From positions 164,550,001-164,614,000 of the forward strand of contig NC_058368.1 of assembly GCF_018350175.1 (NCBI RefSeq): DNA of 64,000 bases. Reading direction: 5' to 3'. The translations under genes and the position numbers were made by a program. Positions within the stretch are counted from its first letter, which is position 1. Every line of letters starts with the position of its first letter. The DNA comes from Felis catus (taxonomy: Eukaryota). Shown in pieces: positions 12,932-24,989 of this stretch. Below the pieces are notes generated by a model. That model searched no databases, was not told where the DNA came from, and saw only the letters and a program-made list of their open reading frames with translations.

Positions 12932-14499
12932 TTGTATATTTTTGTAAGATTGAACCCTTTCAGTTGAACACATAACTCTCTTTCACAAATCCTGACCAGT
13001 CCCTACAGCTTTTCATCAGTTCTGCTTATTCAATTTCATTATTTATATAATCTAATAATTTCAGTTTAGATGACACTTTATTTGGCCTAACTGAAAAAAA
13101 GTATCTGAAAAAAAGTAGTCACAAAATAAATATTAATTACAAATAGCATCCATTTGATTTTCTTTATTTTTCTTACAAGTAAGGACAACTCTGGTAGAAT
13201 ATAATTCTACTTGAATTCCAGATGCATAGAGATATGTATGCTTAATTAAAAAAAACATATCTTGTACCATAATACACAATGCTTAAGTTCTTGACACATT
13301 TTATTTTTAACCTGCAATTTCTAATTTATATGAATATAACCCCCAATTAAAGACTTTAACATATTAAATATGCATTAAAGATTTATCATTAATCCTAGTT
13401 TACTTCTAATAATAACATAGTTTTAAATCCTCTGAATTTACTTAAAATCCCATAAATGATAATAACTTACATTTTCAACATCTATTGTGTTTAGCTTTTC
13501 CCAACTTTTTTATTCTAATGGGCTATAACCAGGTACTTTCTTGCTGATTTCTGCTCTGAGTCCAAAATATTACATATCTAAAATAACCAACAAGAAAATA
13601 AAGACAAAAACTAGCCTGTATAATTTAATGTGTATTGCTATATAGTCATATGTCCTGATAGGCTTATCTAAATAATAGGGTAATTTTTGTAACATCCATC
13701 CCAACAGTGTTTTACACAGTATGCTGATAGAGTAAAAATGCATTTGATAAAGTGAAAGGTGAAAATGAAGATTGAAAAGAAGGCATTAGGTTTTAACTTG
13801 ACTTCATATGTTTTAAATTGAACTCCATTCTTTTTAAGACATTCTTTTAGGTGCTTTTCATATAGTTAAATAGATCTGTTTCCAAGCAGCTTTTTAATAC
13901 ATGAAATCAAAGGAATTTTTTTAAGTCATAAAATTATTCTCTAATTAATTGATGGAAAAAATGAATAAAGTGATTTAAACCAATATGAACTTTTACAAAA
14001 TTTCACTAATTATTACAATAACTTTAGAGTAAAATAAAATTATCCATGCAGTAGGCAATGAATTTATACTTAATATCACCATGACTTCACAGATGTTAAA
14101 TTAGCCACAAAGGAACTCTTGAGAGCAATCCACACTTAATAAGAATGGACAGGAATGCTATTTTAAAAGGGACATGAAGCCAAATATCTGGTATATAACC
14201 CTGATTCAGTCCACAATAATGTGTCAGTATATCTCTGCTATTTTTGTAGATAGGGATTATATTTTTGCTTCTATTCTTAGTTCTCTTTCTTTCTCAGAGG
14301 AAGCTGAATTTCAGAACTCAGCTACTTTTTTTCCCCCCTCACTCTTTCTCTCTTATAAAAACCAAACTATTTTTAAGCTTCAGGTATTTGTGTCATTAAA
14401 CCAATGTGACAAGGCATATTTTGAAAGGGAACATGACTAATAAAATTGGTTTCAAACTGTGAGTACGTGGGTATTTCTTTAATTCTGGAATAATACAAC

Positions 14500-14870
14500 A
14501 GTCAGGTTTACAGAAACTCTTGAAGTGGCTGCCTGCCAGGCTTCAGCACACAGCCCCTTAAAGATGTCCCTTGATAATCAGGACTGGCTTGTCTGCCATA
14601 ACATTGGGGCTCTTGGCAAAAGACTTCCCCAATTTATGGGCTTTGGGAGCCACAGCCTTGGGCTCTGTTGGAGTAGCAGTTAAGCATCTGCCATGCCAGA
14701 ATGCCCAGGATTTCCAATGGCAGCAGTACATCCTTGCCTAGGCAAGCACTGTGGAGTGCTGGAGTTCCAGAAGACTCCCACAAGGCTGTAGGCAAGGATG
14801 CCTGTTGCCAGGCTGACAGTTGTGGCTGCCAGCATCAAGCAATTAATGTTAAGCCATGACTGCAAAGATA
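14500..14870. promoter_or_regulatory. GC-richer unique island with a full NFI-type site and a long hairpin (candidate enhancer or ancient repeat)
   Basis: TGGC-N5-GCCA at 14526-14538, many TGGC/GCCA half-sites, and an inverted repeat at 14718-14810. Confidence 0.35.
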
Positions 14871-15049
14871 CGTTGTGAAAATCTGTAAGAATATCTGCAT
14901 TTTAAACATGTTTGTACCATCAAGTAAACTTCTGTGTAACCTCTGGGTCATCAACAGCCAGATGAACTCGAGAGAAATCAAAGTAGGGTTGGGGATTAAC
15001 TAGTCCTATGCTAGAGCACACCTGAATTTCTGTTATATTATTCCTATAA

Positions 15050-15275
15050 TATAGCTATTATTACCAAATATGTATCAAATGTCAGAAACTGTATTAAATG
15101 TTTTACATACTTTAGATTTTATATTCTTCATAACAGCTTCCTGCACAGGCAATACAATACTCAATTCCAAAGTTGTGAAATTGACACTAAAATAGGTTAA
15201 GACATTTGCTCAGGGTCAAGGCTAGTAGGTAGAAGAGCTGGAATTTGAATACAGGTTTTTCTGATTCCAAAGCTA
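15050..15275 (-). mobile_element. MIR SINE
   Basis: AGGTTAAG...TTGCTCAGGGTCA...GCTAGTAGGTAGAAGAGCTGGAATTTGAA...CTGATTCCAAAGC matches the MIR core on the antisense strand. Confidence 0.8.
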
Positions 15276-16449
15276 CTATGACATCCTACTTTTCCAGTGG
15301 TTTTGCATTTTTTTATTCTGATTCTCAGGACTAATTAGAGCAGAGACTCTAGGTCTATAAGACTTTATATATTCTTCTAGAATTCTAGGTCTAGGTTTAT
15401 TAAGGAGATTTGAAAAACAGTCAAAATTAGTTTTAACAAAATCTTTAATAAGTCTTTGACTATCAAGGATGATGACCTTGTGTTACTCAGGGTTATTTTC
15501 TTAACTTTTTCACTGAGGTTCTGCTTAACTTTACATAAGCCAAACTAGAGCGTATGTGTCATGACTAGACATTAGAAAAATCGCTTGAAAGAGGAATTTA
15601 GAAGAATATAGTGCAATGAAATATATCTGACCACAGCTTTTAACAATTGACATGAGAAACTATTTGGAATCAACATTATATTTGCACAATACTGTTTACT
15701 CATGAAAAATATTTACACAAAACACAGGTGTAGTCTTTATCATGAATATATATAGTATATAATTTTCATACTGTGGATGTCAGCTGTCATGTATTAAGAG
15801 AGACATATGGCTGAGAAACCCTGTTATAATGCAGACAGACTCATAGCCTAGGAAAATTTTTTGTCTTGTATTCTGAATACTAAGCTAAATAAAGTAGATA
15901 TTTTTGAGAAAGTTCACTTTATTGTGGATTATGTATAAGGATATGATAGTTCATCATTTGTTCATTTGTTGGTTTAAATGCTATCTACTGCAGTAAGTCT
16001 TTATTCATTTATTAAATTACATGTAAATGAAATATAATGAAGGACATACCCAGGAAACAAAGTGCTATCACCTGTTCACCCAAAAAATTAGTGTTCTCCT
16101 TTTTAAACATTAATTACATCCACATCATGATGCTTTTGGAGAAGGCAAAACACAACTATAATAAATATTTGCAAATTTTAAGGCCCTGAATAAATCAGGA
16201 TTTTATGTTCTGCTATCCTCCAGAATCAGTTGTTAATGAAATTACTATAAGAAGCTATAAAATAAAGGCAACAGATGCTTTATTCAGAAGGTGATTTGTC
16301 TAATTTCTTCATCTCTTCATTCACAATTGAGAGACCATGTGTATGCCATTGAAATGGGGGGGGGTGGAAACTAGGAAAAGATATAAAATAACATAAAGCA
16401 ACTCCTCCTTCCTTACTTTTTCATATATGCAATTTTCAATCATTTCTCA

Positions 16450-16810
16450 GTCCTGTGGCTTGTGCACACATCTTTTATTTGCTTTAAACACTTCCCCTCC
16501 AGTTATCTCTTTGATATCCTTACCTGAAACGTCACCTTCTTGGGGAAGTTGTGCCTAGTGCCCCCCTTCCCCCTAATCTACACCAGGTTCTCTATTGCGT
16601 ATTTTCATAGATCTGTGATAATTTCCTTTAGAACCCTTATCTGAGTCTGTAATGTTATTCATTAATATAATTATTCGATTATCTCTGTCACTTGTCTGAG
16701 ACACTAAAGATCACGTCTTTTTTTTTTTTTTATTTTATTCATATTATTAGGACACTCCTTGGCACATAGTTGTCAATTAATCATCCTTGATTGAATTAAT
16801 AATTCAATGA
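16450..16810 (+). mobile_element. L2 3'-end fragment
   Basis: AAACGTCACCTTCTTGGGGAAG...CCTTGGCACATAGT...TTGATTGAATTAAT tail. Confidence 0.7.
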
Positions 16811-17069
16811 GTGATTTAAAGTTTTAATTGGATGTCTATTTAAAAATTAAAGAAAAACTACCAAATAATATGAAATTCTTCTTATATTTTTATCTTATAA
16901 ATATATGTTTCTCTCCTGGAATATTATTATTTTTATCTTTTAAGAATAGATTAAGTGTTATCTTTACTATTCCTTTGTGGAATACTTTTTCACTTGCTCA
17001 GAAAATTTTTATCACTGCTTCCCAAATAGCTATTGCTTTTGGTCATCTACCTTAAGAAACAGTTACTCG

Positions 17070-17232
17070 TCTCAGAATGAGAGACTTGCCAAGAAGACTT
17101 GGATCCTACTCCTTTAAGCTGAGCTACCTCAGACAACACAAGAGCAAGGACAGTAACCACATGCTATCATAAAGCCACTGAATGTTTAGGGATGTTTATT
17201 AAACATTATTAAAGAAATAGCCGACTAATAGA
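17070..17232 (+). mobile_element. MLT1-type LTR 3' fragment
   Basis: TAAAGCCACTGAATGTTTAGGGATGTTT...AATAGCCGACTAATA resembles MLT1 3' ends. Confidence 0.5.
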
Positions 17233-17386
17233 ACTATTCACACCTTAATCCAATCACATCACCCCGGGGTCAAAATAATCATATTTGGTTTATAGTGATA
17301 CTTACACATGTGAATAATTATTTGCCAGTATCTTAACAATTACAGAAAATGTATTGCTGTATATAATGGGATGTGCTCTGAAGTCA

Positions 17387-17624
17387 TTTTTTTTTTAATT
17401 TTTTTTTTAATTTTTTTTCAACGTTTTTTATTTATTTTTGGGACAGAGAGAGACAGAGCATGAACGGGGGAGGGGCCGAGAGAGAGAGAGACACAGAATC
17501 AGAAACAGGCTCCAGGCTCTGAGCCATCAGCCCAGAGCCCGACGCAGGGCTCGAACTCATGGACCTCGAGATCGTGACCTGGCTGAAGTCGGACGCTTAA
17601 CCGACTGCGCCACCCAGGCGCCCC
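17387..17624 (-). mobile_element. Young feline CanSINE inserted in the tail of an older SINE
   Basis: CpG-rich, near-identical to the copies at 4080 and 59953, and directly abuts a second SINE. Confidence 0.96.
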
Positions 17625-17858
17625 TATTTTTTATTTTTTTTAAGTTTATTTATCTATTTTGAGAGAGAGGGCAAGAGAGGGAGCACAAGTGGGAGAGGAG
17701 CAGAGAAGAGGGAGACAGAGAATCCCAAGCAGGCCAAACAGGCTCTGTGCTGTCAGCACAGAGCCTCACGTTGGGCTCAAACCCACGAACCATGAGATCA
17801 TGACCTGAGCTGAAACGAAGAATTGGACACTTAACTGACTGTGCCACCTGGTTTCCCC
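17625..17858 (-). mobile_element. Older CanSINE
   Basis: SINE body. The outer duplication AAGTCATTT at 17381-17389 and 17861-17869 encloses both SINEs. Confidence 0.93.
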
Positions 17859-18243
17859 TAAAGTCATTTAAAAATGATTAGCACAAATAAAAAAATACTG
17901 GAAACTTTTTGAAAGCTGGCTAAATGGCTTTTCTTTCTCTTTCATGCAACTTCAAAACTAATTATCTAACTCCTCCTAAACCCAAGAGTCAAAAATAAAG
18001 AACTGTTTTTATAAGATTACATAGTTTCCTTTTAGTGATATGTTACTCCATGACAGACATTAAGAATTATTAGTCACTGTATTCAAATCTATTTGATATC
18101 ACATATTATCTAAGGTTCTGTATGAACTAGGTTTTGCATGACAACCTGATTTTTGCTGTAACTAATCAAACTAACCCTTTCTCTGCATAGAAAGTATATT
18201 GAATCTAAGACAAAAAGGTGCCATATAAAATAGTCTCAATAGT

Positions 18244-18447
18244 GGGGTGCCTGAGTGGTTTGGTGGATTAAGTATCTGACTTTGGCTCATGTCATGATCT
18301 TGTGGTTTATGAGTTTGAGCCTTGTGCTGATAGCTCAGAGCCTGGAGCCTGCTTCTGATTCTGTGTCTCCTTCTCTCTCTCCCCCTTCCCCACTCATGCT
18401 CTATTTCTCTCTCTCTCTAAAATAAACATTAAAACAAATTTTTTTTT
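18244..18447 (+). mobile_element. CanSINE
   Basis: Head GGGGTGCCTGAGTGG. TSD A(T/C)AGTCTCAATAG at ~18230-18242 and ~18449-18461. Confidence 0.93.
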
Positions 18448-18501
18448 TACAGTCTCAATAGGTTATAACTACTAAGAAGATTTGGATTTCCATTGATAAT
18501 A

Positions 18502-18717
18502 ACACTGGGTGGCTCAGTTGGTTGAACTTCAGGCTTTTGATTTTGGCTCAGTTGGTGATCCCAGGTCCTGGGATGGAGCCCCACCTCAGGAATTCTGTCA
18601 CTCTCACTCTCTGCCTCTCCTGGACTCCTGTGCATGTGTATGTGTGGGCTCACTCATGCTCTCTTTCTCTCTCCCTTTTGCTCTCTCTCTCTTGCTCTCT
18701 CTCTCTCTCTCTCAAAA

Positions 18718-18752
<35 letters not shown>

Positions 18753-18755
18753 AAT
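18502..18755 (+). mobile_element. Older CanSINE with a (TAC)11 tail
   Basis: CTGGGTGGCTCAGTTGGTTGA head, (CT)n tract, and (TAC)11 at 18718-18750. Confidence 0.85.
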
Positions 18756-20509
18756 GGTTTTGCTAAGTAAGATATGGGTTCTTTGTGGTTGTTAAAGTAG
18801 CCATTATTTGAACAATTATAAGGACACATTGATGTGGGTGAGATGGCATTGGAGGGATACCCAAGAAGTGACTACACCCTGAACACTCTGGCTTAATTGG
18901 GACAGGGAGTGTTCTTCCATTTCTTTCTGTCCTTGCCTCACTAGCTGGGAGCCTGTGGCCATCAGCACTCAAAAGAATATAGGCTTGTGCTAAGGATCTT
19001 TCACCTCAGATATTTATGACTTGTATGGACTGTCAGGCATAGTTTTTTATTCATTTATTATAGGCCTGGCAAATCAGCAGTTTGATTACTAGCCACTGTA
19101 TTGTGCCTTATATCTGTCACATTGATATTTCTTCCCAATAGTAGACAGTAGATTTGAAAAGGGATTTTCACTTCTTTAATCAAACTGTGTTTGATAGTAT
19201 GATAGTCTGATTTTCCTACTACTGTCATCATCCTGAGATGGAGTAAAGACTGAATTGAAGTAATAGTAGCATGTACCTCTAAAAGCTCAGGTGGTAGGAA
19301 AAGATCTTCAGATTCACACTGGTATTTAGTATTCCCTTAGTGATTAAGAATGAGGGAATCAGAATATCAAAAGATTAACTCTGGCTGACATTTTTTATGT
19401 TCACTTTTGAGAGGTATGCAGAGCAGTGCCTTCATTTCTTGAGTAACAGAGAAGTATGTGAGAGATGTATGTGAAGGGTGAGTGGAGAAGTAGAAAAATT
19501 GAAAAAGAATGTCTTTCTGGGTTCTCTTACATATATTTTTTCATAGCGTCTTCAGGAACTGTTTAGGGTAATTACTTTCTTTTCTGTTAGATGGTCTTAT
19601 ACATTTATAAATACTATGTCAAATAAGCAGTAAGTATAAAATCTAAAGATGTCTGAATTCAAGTACTATGATTTCATTAACTACCCAGTGTCTGTAGGTT
19701 CATCCCAAAGCCACCCTGGTTTCAGTCTTCTTACCACATGAGGATGTAGGATCACAAACCTTCTCTAAGCCATTTTTCAGCTCCATCATTCCCCAGAGCC
19801 AAATGAACTTTAGCTCAGATTATTTAAATAGAGGCCACATAGCTAAAATACTTGGATTTTATTGGCCTCTTGTGTGGAGTACTTTAAGTTATCTAAATGA
19901 TCAGGACAGTCATCAGTGTAAACAATTTTACAGTAGTAACCACATCTAATAAAAAATATGGTTGAAATAACCAGACTATTAATTGGGTAATTATATACAG
20001 AAATAATAACAGATTTTTAGGGCTCAACTATATTTCAAAAAGTAACATAGTGTGTTCTTATGATTCCGGAGAGACTGATAAACACAAGTAAGGAAATATC
20101 TCTTCAGTCTTATGTGTTACATAAATGCAGTTTCAGAATAACTGTGTTGGAATTTCTGATATACAGAAATTGTAATTGATGTGAACATTTCAGTGATAAA
20201 TGGGTTATGGTCCTACAGAGGAATTAGTGACAGAATCATTTTTACCAGTTTGGCTTATACCCCTCAATAGTTAGTTTTAAATCTCTACAGTGATTACATA
20301 CAGGAACATCTAGTATTGGATAGTATGTAGAATGGGTGACCTAGTAAAACATTTTCCTCCCTTTTCTGTTTACACTATACAGGCTATGAAAATTATAAGT
20401 TTATGCTCAGTGTTTTTGCATAGCATGATGAATTAGTATGCTTTCTTTCAGAAAACTTCAGATTTACACACTCATTAGAAGGCTTGATCTCTTGGAGGAA
20501 GCTGGGATG

Positions 20510-21490
20510 GCTTCCTCTTTCTGGCAGAGTTCCTAAAACTCTTGGAATTTTCTAAGTGATAAGAACCATAAAGGTATCTTTGATTATGTTAATTAGGTAA
20601 CATTTAGAAAGCACCTAAGGGTGGGGGCTGGCTGCTAGAGGAGCCAACAGCTGAAATTAGAGGGTTGGAACTTTCAGTCCCACACCCTTTACCTCTGGGA
20701 AGGGAAGCGGGGCTAAAGGTTGGGTCATTTGCTAAAGTCCAGTAATTTAATCAGCCATGCCTATGAAATGAGGCCTCCATAAAACTCAGACAAACAGGAT
20801 TATCTGAGAGCTTTCAGGTTGATGAACACATGGTCATATGGTCGAATGGTATTTCTGGAGAAGACATGAAGCTCCTCAGCGCTTCCCACATACCTTACTC
20901 TATAATCTTACTCTACACATCTCTTCCATCTGGCTGTCTCTGAGTTCTAGCTTGTCTAATAAATGGTCATCTCTTTTTTTTTTATGTTTATTTATTTTTG
21001 AGAGAGAGAGAGAGAGATAGAAGGGAAGGGTCAGGGAAGAGAGAGTTGGGAGACAGAGAATACCAATCAGCCTTCACACTGTCAGCACTGAACCTGACAC
21101 AGGGCTTGAACTTATGAACCATGAGATCATGACATGAGCCGAAACCTCTTGAGCCACCCAGGCGCCCCTAAACTGGTCATCTCTTAAGTAAAATGTTTCT
21201 CTGAGTTCTATGGGATGTTCTAGCAAATTAAACCCAAGGAGGGTGCCTTGCGAGCCTCCAATCTATAACCAGTTGGTCAGAAGCACAGTGACAACCTGGG
21301 CTTGTGACTGGTGTCTGAAGTGTCGTGGGAGGAAGGCAGTGTTGTAGGACTGAATCTCCTTAAGCTCTGGAATCTGATGCTATCGCCAGATAAATAGTGT
21401 CAGAATTGAGTTAAATTGTAAGACACACAATTGGTGTCTGGAGAATTGTTTGTTGGTGTGTAGGACCCCCTCCCATACACCCCTACCTCA
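20510..21490 (+). mobile_element. ERVL-class solo LTR (MER21-like), split by a SINE
   Basis: Blocks ATTAGAGGGTTGGAACTTTCAG, TTAATCAGCCATGCCTAT, AATAAA at 20958 and GTGTCAGAATTGAGTTAAATTGTA resemble the recalled MER21 consensus. Confidence 0.7.
20976..21168 (-). mobile_element. CanSINE inside the LTR
   Basis: TSD TAAA(C)TGGTCATCTCTT at 20960-20975 and 21169-21185. Confidence 0.93.
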
Positions 21491-21899
21491 GAATCCCACA
21501 TCAGAATGAAGTGGGCAGAATGCAAAAGAGCTTTCTGCTCATAAAATACCCAGTCATTTTCATATTGCTGCCAATGGACTTTAAGTGTACTCTCTGTGGT
21601 GAGTGATTATGAGTATGATGCTATTTTAAAACTGAACAAATTTTGAGTCAACTTTGTTTCTGCTTCAGGATTTTTATAAATAAAATGAAGTCAGAATTTT
21701 AAAGTGCTGAGAAAGACTGGTCAAAGGATTTTCACTGTCCCATCATTTTCTTTCCATTTGTATGTTCCGCCACATTTAAATACGACACTACTTTCATCCC
21801 TGAGTCGAAGGGAGAATTACTTCCATCTCTGTCTCTCTGTCTCTCTGTTTCTCTGTCTCTCTCTCATCTCTTATGTAGGCTGTTAGAAAATCCTATTGT

Positions 21900-22880
21900 T
21901 TACATCTTCAAAATATACCCTGGGTGATTTTTATTCTTTACTGTTTTTTTCCTGATTATCTCTCTGGGATTTTTCTAATATCCTCTTAACTCGTCTCCTT
22001 GCTTTCACTTTTTCCCTCCACTGTTAAATATCCACTTGGAAACCAGATCATGAGCTATAACATAATTTAGATCATGTCTTTTTGTTCAAGACCTTATAGT
22101 GCCTCATATTTTTCTCAGATTTAGTGCCAGGAGTTTGCACTAACAGGAGTTTGCTCCTTGCTGCGTTATAGGTAGAAGCTACAAAAGGTGGAGTTGTCGC
22201 ACAAAGGAAACTACTTGTAGAAAACAAGGAAATCATGAGGAATAACTTCCAAAGCCATGACTCCCTGAGCAAGAATGAATGGGTTCCTTTTACTTAGGCT
22301 TAGGATGGATATTTGGATAGTAGAGCCTTGTCATTGGAGGTAGAGGCAGGCATAAGGTCCTGCATGTGCCTTAAGGAAACATGCCTATACATACATTGTA
22401 TGTTATGTAAATGGGGCTTGTGCTTCTCCTTGGAAGCAGATTTTAGTATTATAATGAGGTAAAAATAACTGTCAGTCATTTCTTGGGTCACTCCATGGCC
22501 CATCTGTGCAGACACGAGTCCAGTCAGAAATTAAGTTCAAAATGATTTGGGTGGTCTGAGCCCTGTCAGTTGTAACTGCTTGAGGGGACAGCTTTGGTTT
22601 CTGTCACAGCATGCTATGCCCCTTAGGTCTTTTTGCTTGAGTTAAGAGAAAAGCTGGAAAGAAGAGCTTAAGGAAAAATGTGGAACCAATGTAGGTGGGT
22701 CTAAGCAGGTGATCACTAAAGATAAGATCTGGGGATCTAGCTGGTGACAGATGTCCTTATAATGGCCCATGATATGTTCAGAACTCAGGAAAGCAGGCAC
22801 TTTTGTCTGTTCCATTCAGTACTATGTCCTTAGTGCCTTAAACAGTATGAGTACAAGGTGAATGCTAAGGTAATATTGAT
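21900..22880 (+). mobile_element. L2 fragment split by an ERV LTR
   Basis: Pyrimidine-rich L2 blocks before 22120 (AGATCATGTC...TTCAAGACCTT) resume after 22750 (GTCCTTATAATGGCCC...AGTGCCTTAAACAGT). Confidence 0.6.
22122..22749 (-). mobile_element. ERV-type solo LTR (probably carnivore ERV1 class)
   Basis: ~630-bp GC-richer block interrupting the L2. The + strand end TGACA reads TGTCA as the LTR start on the minus strand. Confidence 0.65.
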
Positions 22881-24989
22881 ATATGTATAATACCTGAGTA
22901 GTTGCTGATCTGGCCTGGATCAACAGGACAAATGACTAACACAGAGACTTCCAATGGGGGGAATTGTTCTGACTTGTTTTATTACTTCACTTAGCGTAGG
23001 AAAGATAGACCCATGGGGATAGACCATCTGAACATCCTTACATCATTGAAGTTAGTGCTAATAGTTACCATGATTCCTATTTTATTACCTCCTTTGGGAC
23101 ACTGAGGGCCAAGTATCTCTGTTCTCTTTTGGAAGCATGATAAAGCATGAAAATATAGTTTCTTGACAAAGAAAAACTTCTCATAGGAATTTGGCAACTT
23201 GAGGTATTCTGTATTTGCAATATATAAAATTTCTAACTGGGAAGAGAAACATAGTTCTTGATATAACTTATTACATAAACCCCCCCCCTTTTTAAGGAAA
23301 AAGAAATAAATACAAGATGTCTTCATCAAAAGTTTGTTTCATTTTTCTTCATCAGAAACCTTTTAACTGTGCTACTATGAATAATATTTCTATATTTGAA
23401 CTCTTATACATAATCAAGAACTCTAAAAATAGCACAGGTAAGGACCTAATTGATAAGATTTTTATTTTTTAAAAGTTTTCAAGAAATTGTTGAAAAGATT
23501 AATCTGATTTAATATGTTTAAGTTAAAACACGCTTCAAATACCTGGTCAAAGATGAAACATTTTTTTTGTTTTTTAATTGACTAAAAGATTAGTTCTGGG
23601 ATAAATTGCTCTGTGAAAAGGCTTGAGTTCACTAGAATCAAATGCTTTGTTCAGTTTATCCAAACATCTTCAAAAGTGAACTCACTGCTTATATTTGCTT
23701 TTGCTCTTTTTGTAATATTTTTCCATAGCAAATGTTATCCCCTGATACCAAGCTGAGGAAATAGACTATATGGTAATAGAGTGTAATATATTAGGAAATA
23801 AATTAATGATACTCTAAGTACTTCAACAAGATACTATTACTAAATTACTCTAGGCAGTGGGGAAATTTAAAAATAATAATAATGAAATTATAGGAAAGTC
23901 ACTTTTACATAAAATTATCTCGAGTGGGAAAGTATTTTCCTTAAGAGCAAAAATAAATGTGTTCTTTGCCAAGTCAAAAATATCCATATACTGAACTTAT
24001 TTTTGCCAGTCTTTGAGTTGGGTAATTGAGTTTTAAATTGAATCACATACATCATCCATTAAATCATAATGATATTCTAGTGTATTTTAGGTCTCAGCTA
24101 ACACCTCAAATACCTGTAAGACTAGTTGAGTTACTGTTATGTTTTCTCATAAAATGGTGCTATGCCTTGATACTCTTATTATCCAGGAATGGATTCCTCT
24201 GTTCTTCCTTCCCACTCTGTTCCCCCTGTGCTTTTCAACTTTGTTCTGTAAGAACATAGTCTCTTAGAGTTAACTGAGCTCCTGGGTGGATTTAAGAGAG
24301 AATGTGTTGTGAGGTCTCTCCCTTGGAAATATTTCCAGCATGTATGATCTAAATTATTGGGAGTATATGGTGAAAATCTAACTCTGGTAAATCTAGTCTC
24401 ATACCTCATACATATAATGGAGCAAAATTGGAGAAACACATTCACACATAAAAAACAGTGTGAAAATGTAAATTTGCTGAAAATGAAATATATGTGTATA
24501 AGAACCTTGTTGAATGGTTGGTTTGTTAGAACAAAAAAAATTTTTTTTCCTTATAAACCAGATATATTTTCTAGTGCTATTTTCATGGTGAAAACTGCAG
24601 TTACCAAAACATGAACACTTAATATCTGCAGAGAATTTCATCTCTAAAATGTATTTGTTTCTGTTAATTCCTTAATTGTTCTACCAATTTTCACAGTATA
24701 TTTAAATATATGAATGATGTATTTGTAAAGCCTGGTTACTATTTTTATATTCTTTGAATATGTGAAACATCTACACTTTTTTTTTTGTTAGTTGGAATTC
24801 TGGTTTTAAGCAAATTCACATAAACACGTACAAACTTCTTACACATTTTGTTAAGTTATTCTGTTTTTGATTAAGTTTTTTAAATGTATTTTCAATGTTT
24901 CTAGGATTATCACTAATAACAAGTGCAAAGTGATAAGTAGATCATTTGTACATGCATCTTGGCATAATTTGTTCAACTGTATCCACATG

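Noticed and set aside
14718..14810. Resemblance to miR-500/502/188-family words (ATCCTTGC / GCAAGGAT / CTCCCACA) and to miR-31 (AGGCAAG)
   Set aside because: Only 7-8-nt words match the mature sequences I recall. The arms and loop do not match, so no miRNA name is assigned.
18790..19120. Possible old LTR fragments (also ~33320-33640 and ~38420-38600)
   Set aside because: Composition suggests LTR relics, but I cannot support a family or boundaries.
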